A stretch of 64,000 nucleotides of DNA from Bacteroidaceae bacterium (GCA_963594995.1 CAVBGK010000009.1:29331-93330); one strand, 5' to 3'; shown: positions 38,933 through 48,004, numbered from the stretch's first letter. Numbers and translations are program-made. Notes: generated by a model not told the origin, from the sequence alone.

Positions 38933-39937
38933 TTAAGAGTTGAGTTCCACGAATTTCTTGAAGGTAGCGAGAGCCTTGCCGCTGTCGATACTCTCACGTG
39001 CTATCTCCACACATTCCTCGATGCTCTTTTGTCCTTTCTCCATCACCTGGATTCCGAACGCCGCATTGGCTAGCACGATATTCTTCTGGGCAAGAAGGGC
39101 ACGGTTCTCCAGTACGGCATCAAAGATGTCCTTGGCCTCTTCCTCGGTAGCGCCACCCCTCACCTCTTCTGGCTTGGCGATGTCGAAGTCCAAGTCCTGC
39201 GGATGGAAAATTTTCTCATAGTTGTTGGTCGTCACCTTGAAGTCGCTGGTCAACGAGATTTCATCATAACCATCAATGCTGTTGACGATACCATAGTCTA
39301 TTCCTATCTTCTGATACACCTGGTTATAGAGGCGCATCTGGTCGAGGTTGGCGACACCCAGCAACTGACACTTGGGCTGACTCGGGTTAACCAAGGGACC
39401 GAGAAGATTGAAAACAGTAGGAAATTGCAATGACTTTCGGATAGGACCGACAAACTTCATTGCCTTGGCGAAGAGCTGGGCATGGAGATAGACGATGCCA
39501 GCCTCGTTGATGCTACGGTTGAGCTTATCGATGTCATCTGTAAACTGCACACCGTGGTTGCGTATCACATTGGAAGCACCGCTCACCGATGTTGCGGCGT
39601 AATTGCCATGCTTTGCCACCTTGTAGCCTGCCCCAGCAATCACAAAACAAGAAGTGGTAGAGATGTTGAATGTGTTCTTTCGGTCGCCACCTGTACCCAC
39701 CACGTCGATATAACGGTCGCAGTCGAGAACGGCAGGAACGCCCGTAGCCAAGATACCGTCACGGAAGCCGAGCAACTCGTCCACCGTCACGCCACGCATC
39801 TGAAGCCCTGTCAACAGAGCGGTAATCTGCTCCTCAGGGAACTCACTCTTGGTGATACCGATGATGATGTCCTTGGTTTCCTCACGGGAAAGTTCCTCGT
39901 GATTCAACATTCTGTTTAAGATGTCCTTCATTTCCAT
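38933..39937 (-). CDS. trpD: Anthranilate phosphoribosyltransferase
   Basis: DVVGTGGD, NIST, KHGN, FNLLGPL.NP, GYDE. Confidence 0.96.
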   Translation of the reverse strand: MEMKDILNRMLNHEELSREETKDIIIGITKSEFPEEQITALLTGLQMRGVTVDELLGFRDGILATGVPAVLDCDRYIDVVGTGGDRKNTFNISTTSCFVIAGAGYKVAKHGNYAATSVSGASNVIRNHGVQFTDDIDKLNRSINEAGIVYLHAQLFAKAMKFVGPIRKSLQFPTVFNLLGPLVNPSQPKCQLLGVANLDQMRLYNQVYQKIGIDYGIVNSIDGYDEISLTSDFKVTTNNYEKIFHPQDLDFDIAKPEEVRGGATEEEAKDIFDAVLENRALLAQKNIVLANAAFGIQVMEKGQKSIEECVEIARESIDSGKALATFKKFVELNS

Positions 39938-40003
39938 AATTCAAGTCTCCTATTTTTTATTTTTATATCCAGTTTGAGAAAGCCCGTCAAGCAGGCTATA
40001 ATG

Positions 40004-40035
40004 AAAAAGACCTGTCGCAAGAACGGCAGGCCTTT
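40004..40035 (-). terminator. Attenuator terminator of the trp leader
   Basis: AAGGCCTGCCG-TTCTTG-CGACAGGTCTT then TTT, between the leader peptide and trpD. Confidence 0.8.
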
Positions 40036-40077
40036 ATATTTCTTCATGGACTTCATATCCACACACGGCTTATCGAC

Positions 40078-40140
40078 TCACGACTGTTTAAATCTTGAGC
40101 TACGCCACCACCATGCTGTTGTAGATACAAATGCCATCAT
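40078..40140 (-). CDS. trpL: trp operon leader peptide MMAFVSTTAWWWRSSRFKQS
   Basis: 20-aa ORF with TGG TGG TGG, lying between the TACTTTTG promoter (40190-40197) and the terminator. Confidence 0.9.
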   Translation of the reverse strand: MMAFVSTTAWWWRSSRFKQS

Positions 40141-40418
40141 ACTTCGATATAGTTTAAATGATATTGTTTAATTAATTATTATTCAATTGCAAAAGTACAC
40201 TTTTTCTTGCAAACTACAAACTTTTTGGCGAAAAATTTACGATTTTAATAGATTTTAGTGCTTTTCGATACATTTTCAAGGGGTGTCAGGGAAAAAACGA
40301 AGTATTACACCTTATTAATATAAATATAAGAGATTTTTAAGCCGAAATGTAATAAACACCCCAAACACTCGTTATAATAGCAAATACGTGAACATTATTA
40401 ACAATAACAGCAACGCCT

Positions 40419-40547
40419 ATGAAGCATATTTTTACTTCTGAAGAAATGAAACCGTCCGAAAGGACCATCAACATCATCAAGCAGATAGCCTATACCTACC
40501 GTGCCATCAAGATGAATGGAAAGTACGAGGCGTTCTGTCTGAACTAA
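40419..40547 (+). CDS. Small protein, 42 aa (MKHIFTSEEMKPSERTINIIKQIAYTYRAIKMNGKYEAFCLN)
   Basis: Clean ORF with host-like codons ending 15 nt before rpe; below the ORF-track cutoff. Confidence 0.75.
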   Translation: MKHIFTSEEMKPSERTINIIKQIAYTYRAIKMNGKYEAFCLN

Positions 40548-40562
40548 ACAATCAGAAAAAAA

Positions 40563-41228
40563 ATGAAGACCATCGTATCACCTTCCCTGCTCTCAGCTAA
40601 CTTTCTGGACTTGAGAAGCGATATCAACATGATTAACCAAAGTGAGGCGGAATGGCTTCACTTGGATGTGATGGACGGAGTATTCGTGCCAAACATTTCT
40701 TTCGGCTTCCCCATCTTGGAAGCCGTGAGCAAAGTCTGCACCAAAGCCCTTGATGTGCATTTCATGATCAAGCACCCCGAACAATACATTGAGCCTACAG
40801 CCAAGTTGGGTGCCATGATGATGAACGTACACTACGAGGCTTGCCTCCATCTGCACCGCACCATCCAACAGATACACGCAGCTGGCATGAAGGCTGGTGT
40901 CACCCTCAACCCCTCCACCCCTGTCAGCGTGCTTGAAGACATCATCTGCGACGTGGACATGGTGCTGATTATGAGCGTGAACCCTGGGTTTGGCGGCCAA
41001 AAGTTCATAGAAAACACCATCAAGAAGGTAGGACGCCTGCGCCAGCTCATCAAGGAAAGTGGCTCGCATGCCCTCATCGAGGTAGATGGCGGTGTACAGG
41101 CCGAGACTGCCCCTCGCCTGGTCAAGGCAGGAGTCAACGTGTTGGTTAGCGGCAGCTACGTGTTCAAGAGCACCGACCCCATCTCCACCATCCACGCCTT
41201 GAGAGAACTCAAGCAGTTGGATGCCTAA
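40563..41228 (+). CDS. rpe: Ribulose-phosphate 3-epimerase
   Basis: SPSLLSA, HLDVMDG.FVPNISFG, DVHFM, MSVNPGFGGQKF, VDGG. Confidence 0.97.
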   Translation: MKTIVSPSLLSANFLDLRSDINMINQSEAEWLHLDVMDGVFVPNISFGFPILEAVSKVCTKALDVHFMIKHPEQYIEPTAKLGAMMMNVHYEACLHLHRTIQQIHAAGMKAGVTLNPSTPVSVLEDIICDVDMVLIMSVNPGFGGQKFIENTIKKVGRLRQLIKESGSHALIEVDGGVQAETAPRLVKAGVNVLVSGSYVFKSTDPISTIHALRELKQLDA

Positions 41229-41250
41229 GGGCTTACTTTCCCATGCAAGC

Positions 41251-41850
41251 CTAGCAGAAGTCTAGGCTTACATGATGTTTCTTTGCCATGCGACGGAGGT
41301 TGAGTATGGCATACCTCATCCTGCCCAGTGCGGTATTGATGCTCACACCCGTCATCTCTGCGATTTCCTTGAACGAGATTTGCTGGTAATACCTCATATA
41401 TACCACCTCCCGTTGTTGCGGAGGCAACTGGTTCATCATCTTCTTCACGTCAGAGAGCACTTGGTCACGCACAAGGACATCCTCCGTATTGCCCAACAAG
41501 AGGTCATCGCAACCACTCAAGTTGGAGAGGTCGTTGGTATCGTTGGCCTCAACCACATTTTTGCAGCGGCAGTCACGGTACAAGTCCATCATCACATTGT
41601 GGGCAATTCGCATACACCAGGCGCAAAACTTTCCGTTGGTCGTGTATTGGCGTTTTTGGAGTTTGCTGATGACCTTGACGAAAGTCTCCTGGAAAATGTC
41701 GTTGGCTATCTCCTGGTCATGTACCATAAACATAATATACGAGAACAACTTGACCTCATTGCGTGAAAGCAACAGGTCGAAGGCACGATTGTTTCCCTCG
41801 ACATACAATAAGGCCAACTCTTCATCGGTCAATTCTTGTAGGTTTCTCAT
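41251..41850 (-). CDS. ECF-type RNA polymerase sigma-70 factor
   Basis: Region 2 DIFQETFVK...W.MRIAHN; region 4 LPPQQREV...SFKEIAE.TGVSINTALGRMRYA. Confidence 0.93.
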   Translation of the reverse strand: MRNLQELTDEELALLYVEGNNRAFDLLLSRNEVKLFSYIMFMVHDQEIANDIFQETFVKVISKLQKRQYTTNGKFCAWCMRIAHNVMMDLYRDCRCKNVVEANDTNDLSNLSGCDDLLLGNTEDVLVRDQVLSDVKKMMNQLPPQQREVVYMRYYQQISFKEIAEMTGVSINTALGRMRYAILNLRRMAKKHHVSLDFC

Positions 41851-42261
41851 TTCTTAATCTTTGTATTTTTAATTAAGTAAATGTCTAATCTATAGGCTAT
41901 CTTCTTTAATTTACACTTGATGTCTTTAAATGTCTCTGTATGCAAAGGTAACGCATTTTCAACAAACCACCAAAAAATTAACATAAAAAAGTGCTTCCCG
42001 ACACAATAAATGAGAAAAGAGGATGAAAAAGGTTGGCTACAGGACGTAGCCAACCGAATAAATACATAGTTTAGAAAACCAACATCTAAATTATGACGTG
42101 GCAAAGATACGTCTTTTTTTCATGCACTCCAAATATTTTTAACGCAAAATTACTTTTTTAACATTGTGTGCGTAGCCATTTCATTTTTTTTTTGTATCTT
42201 TGCCCAATATAAGCGTAATATTCACGCACTTTGCTCAAAACATCAATCTACAACAAACAAA

Positions 42262-44853
42262 ATGAAACACTTAAAGACTTTAATCCTCGCCCTCCTGTTG
42301 CCTATGTGCGCATGGGCTTCAGGATGGAACGACAGTGAGTACCGACAAATCGAACAAAGCATCGTGCAGCCTCAGCTTCACGACCGCCAGTTCATCATCA
42401 CCGCCTTCGGTGCCAAGCAGACGGCATCGGCAGCGCAGAACCAAAAAGCCATCAACCGTCTCATCTCCTTGGTTTCCAAGAAAGGTGGCGGCAAGGTCAT
42501 CATCCCCCAGGGCACGTGGAAGACGGGAGCCATCGAGCTGAAGAGCCACGTCAACCTCGTCATCGAGGAAGGCGCTACCCTGCAGTTTGTCTTCGACACC
42601 AACCTCTACCCTCTGGTCCGCACCTCATGGGAAGGGTTGGCTTGCTGGAACTACTCTCCCTGCATCTACGCCTACAAGGCTACAGACATTGCCATCACCG
42701 GCAAGGGCACCATCGACGGCGGTGGCAAAAACGATACTTGGTGGGCCATGTGCGGAAAGGAGAGTTTCGGGTACAAGGAAGGCGTGACCAAGGAGGCACA
42801 GTGTCTCGGGTCCCGCGCCAAGCTCTTGAAACAAGCCGAGGACGGTGTAGCTTTCGATGAGCGCAAGTTTGGCAAAGGACAGGGATTGCGCCCCCAGCTC
42901 GTCAACTTCGTCCGATCAGAGCGCATCCTCATCCAAGGAGTCAAGTTGCTCAACTCTCCTTTCTGGGTGATACACCCTCTGCTCTGCAAGAACATCACCG
43001 TGGATAGTGTGACCGTATGGAACGAAGGTCCCAACGGTGACGGCTGCGACCCCGAGGCTTGCGAGAACGTGCTGATACAAAACTGCGTGTTCCACACTGG
43101 CGACGACTGCATCGCCATCAAGAGCGGACGCAACAACGACGGCCGCCTCTGGAACCAACCTTCACGCAACATCATCATCCGTGGCTGCGAAATGCAAGAC
43201 GGGCACGGTGGAGTCGTGATCGGTAGCGAGATTTCAGGCGGTTGCGAGAATGTATATGCCCAAGATTGCGTGATGGACTCCCCTCACCTCGACCGCATCC
43301 TACGCATCAAGACAAACAATTGCCGCGGTGGTGTCATCAAGAACATCAACATGCGCAAAATCAAGGTGGGGCAGTGCAAGGAGGCCGTAGTGAAAATCAA
43401 CCTCGACTACGAGCCTAAGGAAATCTGCTACCGCGGATTTGAGCCTAGCGTCAGCCAGGTTTACGTGGAGAACGTGACCTGCCAGAAGAGCAACTACGGT
43501 GTGCTCATCGTGGGCCGTGACCAAGTGGAGAACGTGACCGACATCACCGTCAAGAACTGCCAGTTCAATGGCGTGCAGAAAGAGCCTGTCAAGATTAGCG
43601 GCAAGACCCGCAACGTGAACTTCGACAACCTGATGGTAAACGGTTCGTTGGTGCTCAACAAGTCCGACCGCCCTTACAAGACTTACAGCGAGTGGCTTAC
43701 CCACAGCGAGATACAACGTGTACCCCGCCCTTACAACCTCGACTTCTCTCCCAACAAACCCAAGTGGAGCTACGTAATGGGCATCGAGATGGAAGGTATG
43801 CTCGACACCTATCTATATAATAAGGAGGAAAACGGAACCGAAGACGAGGCCATCATCAACTATCTGAAGGAATATCCCGCCAAGATGATTGACGACAAGG
43901 GCAACATCACGGGGTACACTTACGAGGATTTCAACCTCGACAATGTGCGCACCGCCAAGTTCATACTCCGTATGCACAACCTCTTCCCCGGCAAGGGAAC
44001 GGAGCTTGCCCTGAAGACACTCTTCAAGCAACTCCAAAACCAACCTCGCACCAAGGAGGGCGTGTATTGGCACAAAGCCATCTACGCCAACCAGGTTTGG
44101 CTCGACGGTATCTTCATGGGCTTGCCTTTCTACTGCCAGTACGCCGTGCAGACCATGAAGCCCAAGAAAGCGAAGAAGTACCTCGACGACGCAGTTGACC
44201 AGATGATCAAGACCGACAAGCGCACTTACGACGAGAAGACCCAACTCTGGAAGCACGCTTGGGACGAGACTCACCAACAGTTCTGGGCCAACAAGGAAAA
44301 TGGCCAGAGCCAGCACACCTGGGCAAGAGCCTTGGGGTGGTATGTGATGGCGATGACGGAGTGCCTGGACGCCATGCCGGAAGACTATGCTCGCCGTGGC
44401 GAAGTCATCGAATTGCTCAACAAGGCGATGGCAAGCGTGGTGAAATACCAAGACCAGAAGACGGGCGTTTGGTATGATGTCATGGATGTGAAAGATGACC
44501 GCAACTACCTGGAGAGCACAGCTTCCTGCATGTTCGCCTACGTTCTTCTGAAGGGCTACCGCAAGGGCTACCTCTCTGAGAAATACCGCGATGCCGGCGT
44601 AAAGGCATACAAGGGCATCTTGAAGGAGTTCATCAAGGTGAACGCCGACAAGACCATCAGCCTCACCAAGTGCTGTTCCGTAAGCGGCTTGGGCCCTGGT
44701 GACGGCCCTTACGTCAAGAAGCCAAACTACAAGCGTGACGGCAGTTTCGAGTATTACATCAGCGAGCCTATCCGTGACAACGATGCCAAGGGTGTCGGTC
44801 CCTTCATCTGGGCCAGCCTGGAAATGGAGCAACAGGGACTGAAGGCGGAATAG
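42262..44853 (+). CDS. Bifunctional GH28 polygalacturonase / GH105 unsaturated (rhamno)galacturonyl hydrolase fusion
   Basis: GH28 motifs NGDG, GDD, GHG, RIK; GH105 motifs WSY..G, FNLD, WHK..Y.NQVWLDG, WARALGW, ESTAS; signal peptide from ATG 42262. Confidence 0.9.
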   Translation: MKHLKTLILALLLPMCAWASGWNDSEYRQIEQSIVQPQLHDRQFIITAFGAKQTASAAQNQKAINRLISLVSKKGGGKVIIPQGTWKTGAIELKSHVNLVIEEGATLQFVFDTNLYPLVRTSWEGLACWNYSPCIYAYKATDIAITGKGTIDGGGKNDTWWAMCGKESFGYKEGVTKEAQCLGSRAKLLKQAEDGVAFDERKFGKGQGLRPQLVNFVRSERILIQGVKLLNSPFWVIHPLLCKNITVDSVTVWNEGPNGDGCDPEACENVLIQNCVFHTGDDCIAIKSGRNNDGRLWNQPSRNIIIRGCEMQDGHGGVVIGSEISGGCENVYAQDCVMDSPHLDRILRIKTNNCRGGVIKNINMRKIKVGQCKEAVVKINLDYEPKEICYRGFEPSVSQVYVENVTCQKSNYGVLIVGRDQVENVTDITVKNCQFNGVQKEPVKISGKTRNVNFDNLMVNGSLVLNKSDRPYKTYSEWLTHSEIQRVPRPYNLDFSPNKPKWSYVMGIEMEGMLDTYLYNKEENGTEDEAIINYLKEYPAKMIDDKGNITGYTYEDFNLDNVRTAKFILRMHNLFPGKGTELALKTLFKQLQNQPRTKEGVYWHKAIYANQVWLDGIFMGLPFYCQYAVQTMKPKKAKKYLDDAVDQMIKTDKRTYDEKTQLWKHAWDETHQQFWANKENGQSQHTWARALGWYVMAMTECLDAMPEDYARRGEVIELLNKAMASVVKYQDQKTGVWYDVMDVKDDRNYLESTASCMFAYVLLKGYRKGYLSEKYRDAGVKAYKGILKEFIKVNADKTISLTKCCSVSGLGPGDGPYVKKPNYKRDGSFEYYISEPIRDNDAKGVGPFIWASLEMEQQGLKAE

Positions 44854-44895
44854 CCCTCAAAAATTACTCACAAAAAAAATCCAAACCTACCATAT

Positions 44896-44933
44896 AACAC
44901 CTCTTGGGAAACCATTCCCCAAGAGGTGTTTTT
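44896..44933 (+). terminator. Intrinsic terminator
   Basis: AACACCTCTTGGG...CCCAAGAGGTGTT followed by TTT. Confidence 0.85.
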
Positions 44934-44962
44934 CATATCAATATAAAAAACAATGCTAAAAA

Positions 44963-44994
44963 TTTGTTTTCCTCGAAATAAAAAAGTAATTTTG
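44963..44994 (+). promoter_or_regulatory. Canonical Bacteroidetes promoter TTTG-N20-TAATTTTG
   Basis: Both the -33 and -7 boxes are present with 20-nt spacing. Confidence 0.8.
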
Positions 44995-45051
44995 CACCCA
45001 TGCAACACTTATGTTGCTTCTCGACAAATAAATATATAAAAGAAAGGACAA

Positions 45052-46065
45052 ATGATGGCGAAAACAAAATCAACGCCAAATGGAGGAAAGAGTATGATAT
45101 TAACAGTAGCAAACCCTATTTACGACAGCGTGTTCAAGTTTCTTATGGAAGACGATCGAATCGCTAAAACCTTACTCTCCGCATTGCTCAAGAAAGAAGT
45201 GCTGAGTGTAGAAATGCGTCGCCATGAATACTCAAACACCACTCGCAATGACATATCCATGTTTCGCATTGACTTCTCCGCTCGCATCAAAGATGATGAT
45301 GGAAACGAGAAGATTATCCTCGTTGAGCTACAAAAGACATGGGTAGAGACTGAGACTTTACGTTTCCGCCAGTATCTAGCGGCACAATACAACAATAAAG
45401 AGAATATGGTGTGTGAAGAGACACCAAGCCAAAGTTATGCCTATCCTATGGTGGCAGTGTACCTTTTGGGGCATTGTGTAGGAAAAGTTTATGAGCCAGT
45501 CGTATATGTCAACCATGTTGCTCGCAACTATGACGGGAAAGAAGTGAAAGATGGCATGAAAGACCCATTCATCAATAGTCTTACCCATGACAGCATCATT
45601 GTTCAGCTACCTTTGCTGAAAGACAAAATAACAAATCATCTATACAAAGTGTTGAGTGTCTTTGACCAAAAGCACAGAGACCAGACCAATAGTCAACTGA
45701 TAAACTTGGATGAAAGCAAATATGAAGGTGACAAAGAAATGGAACATATCCTTCTCCGTTTGACTCAAGCCACAGTCAACGCAGAACTCCGTCAAGACAT
45801 GAATGTGGAAGATGAGTATTATTCTGCTATCGAGAATCGCGACACTACAATCATGGAGAAAGATAAAATCATCGCAAAAATGGATGATGAAATCGCTGAG
45901 AAGGAAGGTGTCATCGCAAAAATGGATGATGAAATCGCTGAGAAAAATAACAAACTCCGAGCTGCTATCAATGCCATGCTCACTAACGGCATGAGCTTAG
46001 ATGTTGTCGCCACAACCATGCAAATGACGTTAGAAGAAATATCAACGATATTGAATTCTAAATAA
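45052..46065 (+). CDS. Rpn-like / PD-(D/E)XK nuclease family protein (PDDEXK_2-like) with C-terminal coiled-coil repeats
   Basis: NPIYDSVFKFLM, RIDF...VELQK catalytic-type motif, heptad repeats, terminal helix-turn-helix-like GMSLDVVATTMQMTLEEI. Confidence 0.78.
   Translation: MMAKTKSTPNGGKSMILTVANPIYDSVFKFLMEDDRIAKTLLSALLKKEVLSVEMRRHEYSNTTRNDISMFRIDFSARIKDDDGNEKIILVELQKTWVETETLRFRQYLAAQYNNKENMVCEETPSQSYAYPMVAVYLLGHCVGKVYEPVVYVNHVARNYDGKEVKDGMKDPFINSLTHDSIIVQLPLLKDKITNHLYKVLSVFDQKHRDQTNSQLINLDESKYEGDKEMEHILLRLTQATVNAELRQDMNVEDEYYSAIENRDTTIMEKDKIIAKMDDEIAEKEGVIAKMDDEIAEKNNKLRAAINAMLTNGMSLDVVATTMQMTLEEISTILNSK
45869..45944 (+). repeat. 34-bp perfect direct repeat with 42-bp period
   Basis: TCATCGCAAAAATGGATGATGAAATCGCTGAGAA at 45869 and 45911. 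Confidence 0.95.
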
Positions 46066-46082
46066 ATTTCGGACACTATAGG

Positions 46083-46123
46083 GGGCGAAAAAGGACTGAA
46101 AAGGGTTCTTTTTCGCCTTTTTT
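46083..46123 (+). terminator. Intrinsic terminator
   Basis: GGCGAAAAAGG...TCTTTTTCGCC followed by TTTTTT. Confidence 0.75.
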
Positions 46124-46243
46124 CGTATATTAACCGAATTTTAATATAAAATTTGACACATCTTTTCATTTATTTTGCTAACTTTGCGGTGTGCTAACCT
46201 ATTTTAGCACAGAGTTAATTCACATTATTAATTATTAAAATGT

Positions 46244-47680
46244 ATGTTTATGAAGAATTATTTACGCTATTTATTCATCGCTGTGCTAGCTCTCGTATGT
46301 GGAGGGATAAACGCTCAGACTTATCTTTGGCAAGAAGACTTCAGCAGCTATAAAAAAGATGATGTTCCAAAAGGTGGAGATTATGATTACGTCTGCAACG
46401 GTACGGGTACAAAGATATACAACGAGAAACTAGCTGGTGGAACTGCACCTGAGCTTTTAGTAAACAAAAAGAAGAATGAGGGTTCTTTCAAAGCAACCAT
46501 TAAGCTGACTAATGCAGCAGGCAATGCAACACTTGCATACAAAGCCAATAAAGCATCCTTAAGTGTTACTGCAACAAACGCAGAAGTTGGAGTCATCACA
46601 GCTACAGGAAACGATTATTCTTGTCCTATAACATTTAAAGCAGGTGCTACTGAAATTACAATCACTTTTGCTACAACGAATAGCGAAAACGTGCGCCTTG
46701 ATGACATCAAACTTTTCCAAGGTGATGCAAAGAAACCAGCAGGTCTTTCTTGGGGTACAGCTTCAAAAACCGTTACGATTGGAGCAGAAGACAATATTTT
46801 TCCTACATTGACAAACGCCTACAATCTTAATGTTACATATACAAGTAGCGAACCATCTGTTGCGACTATCAATACAGAGGGGGCAATTACTCTTGTTGCA
46901 GCAGGAAAAACTAATATTACAGCATCATTCGCAGGCAATGACGAATACGAGGCAGGCGAAGTGACTTACGAGTTGACCGTAAAAGAGGCAGAAACTCCAG
47001 ACCAAAAAATTACAACAGCGGCAAACATCGCCGAATTCAAGGCTCTTGACAATGGAACAAAGGCAATATTAACTCTTAAAGATGCCAAGGTGCAGTACGT
47101 AAATGGCACATCTGACATTTATGTTGTAGATGCAACAGGTGGAATTGACATATACAAAAGCAACTTGACTTACACCGCTGGCCAAATTCTAAATGGTACT
47201 ATCGAAGCAACTTACTCAGAATACAGAAAACTCCCAGAGTTAACAAATATCACAGAAAACAACCTAACTGCTACAGATGGTACTGTTGAACCTATCGAAA
47301 TGACTGTTGAAGAAGCAGTAAAGGCAGAGAATGTTTGCAAGTTGGTTACTGTAAAGAATATCACAATTGTCGCACTTACTTCTGGCTCCTACACTAATTA
47401 TTACAATGACGAAGATAAGACTCTACAGATTTACGATAAGTTCAAATTAGGCTATACACCTAACACTAAGTCTGCTATGGATTATACAGGTATTATAATT
47501 CCATTCGATTCTCAAATTGAGCTTGCTCCTACAGTTGCACCAACCTCAACAACCGGCATCAGCACCATCACATCTGATGCAGCCGCAAACGCTCCTGCTT
47601 ACAACCTCGCTGGCCAGAAGGTATCCGCATCTTACAAGGGTGTAGTCATTAAGGCAGGCAAGAAGTTCGTTCAGAAATAA
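46244..47680 (+). CDS. Secreted/surface protein with Ig-like (Big_2-type) domain and Prevotella-type T9SS C-terminal tail
   Basis: Signal peptide ...INAQ; YTSSEPSVATI..G.ITLVAAG.T.ITASFAG; tail TGISTI...YNLAGQKV...KGVVIK.GKKFVQK; TAACTTTG box at 46179-46186. Confidence 0.8.
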   Translation: MFMKNYLRYLFIAVLALVCGGINAQTYLWQEDFSSYKKDDVPKGGDYDYVCNGTGTKIYNEKLAGGTAPELLVNKKKNEGSFKATIKLTNAAGNATLAYKANKASLSVTATNAEVGVITATGNDYSCPITFKAGATEITITFATTNSENVRLDDIKLFQGDAKKPAGLSWGTASKTVTIGAEDNIFPTLTNAYNLNVTYTSSEPSVATINTEGAITLVAAGKTNITASFAGNDEYEAGEVTYELTVKEAETPDQKITTAANIAEFKALDNGTKAILTLKDAKVQYVNGTSDIYVVDATGGIDIYKSNLTYTAGQILNGTIEATYSEYRKLPELTNITENNLTATDGTVEPIEMTVEEAVKAENVCKLVTVKNITIVALTSGSYTNYYNDEDKTLQIYDKFKLGYTPNTKSAMDYTGIIIPFDSQIELAPTVAPTSTTGISTITSDAAANAPAYNLAGQKVSASYKGVVIKAGKKFVQK

Positions 47681-47740
47681 CATAGACTTCTATCCCTTAT
47701 TTGCATAAGATAGAACTCTACATATCGTATTTAGACATAC

Positions 47741-47776
47741 AATCCTCTGTCAGCACAACGCCGGCAGAGGATTTTT
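47741..47776 (+). terminator. Intrinsic terminator
   Basis: AATCCTCTGTC...GGCAGAGGATT followed by TTT. Confidence 0.7.
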
Positions 47777-47942
47777 CTTGCTAAAACTTTGGCGGTTTCA
47801 GTAATTTTACTTAACTTCGCAGCAAAATTGGAATTATTCAGAATGGATGAGGTGAAACAAGACAAACCGCAAGCGACCAAAGGCATTTTTGTCATATTTT
47901 TTCCGATTCTCATTATATACCTTCCCGATGCAGGAAAAACTC

Positions 47943-48004
47943 CGTGGCGAGGGAAAAATTTCTACCTCGGGAGGGGAAAAAGTTTTGCGTGGCGAGGTAA
48001 AAAT
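47943..48004. repeat. Degenerate ~22-23-bp tandem repeat (CGTGGCGAGGGAAAAA-like)
   Basis: Units near 47943, 47966 and 47988. Confidence 0.55.

Noticed and set aside
45052..46065. IS element or transposase interpretation of the PD-(D/E)XK gene
   Set aside because: No terminal inverted repeats, target duplication or DDE motif seen
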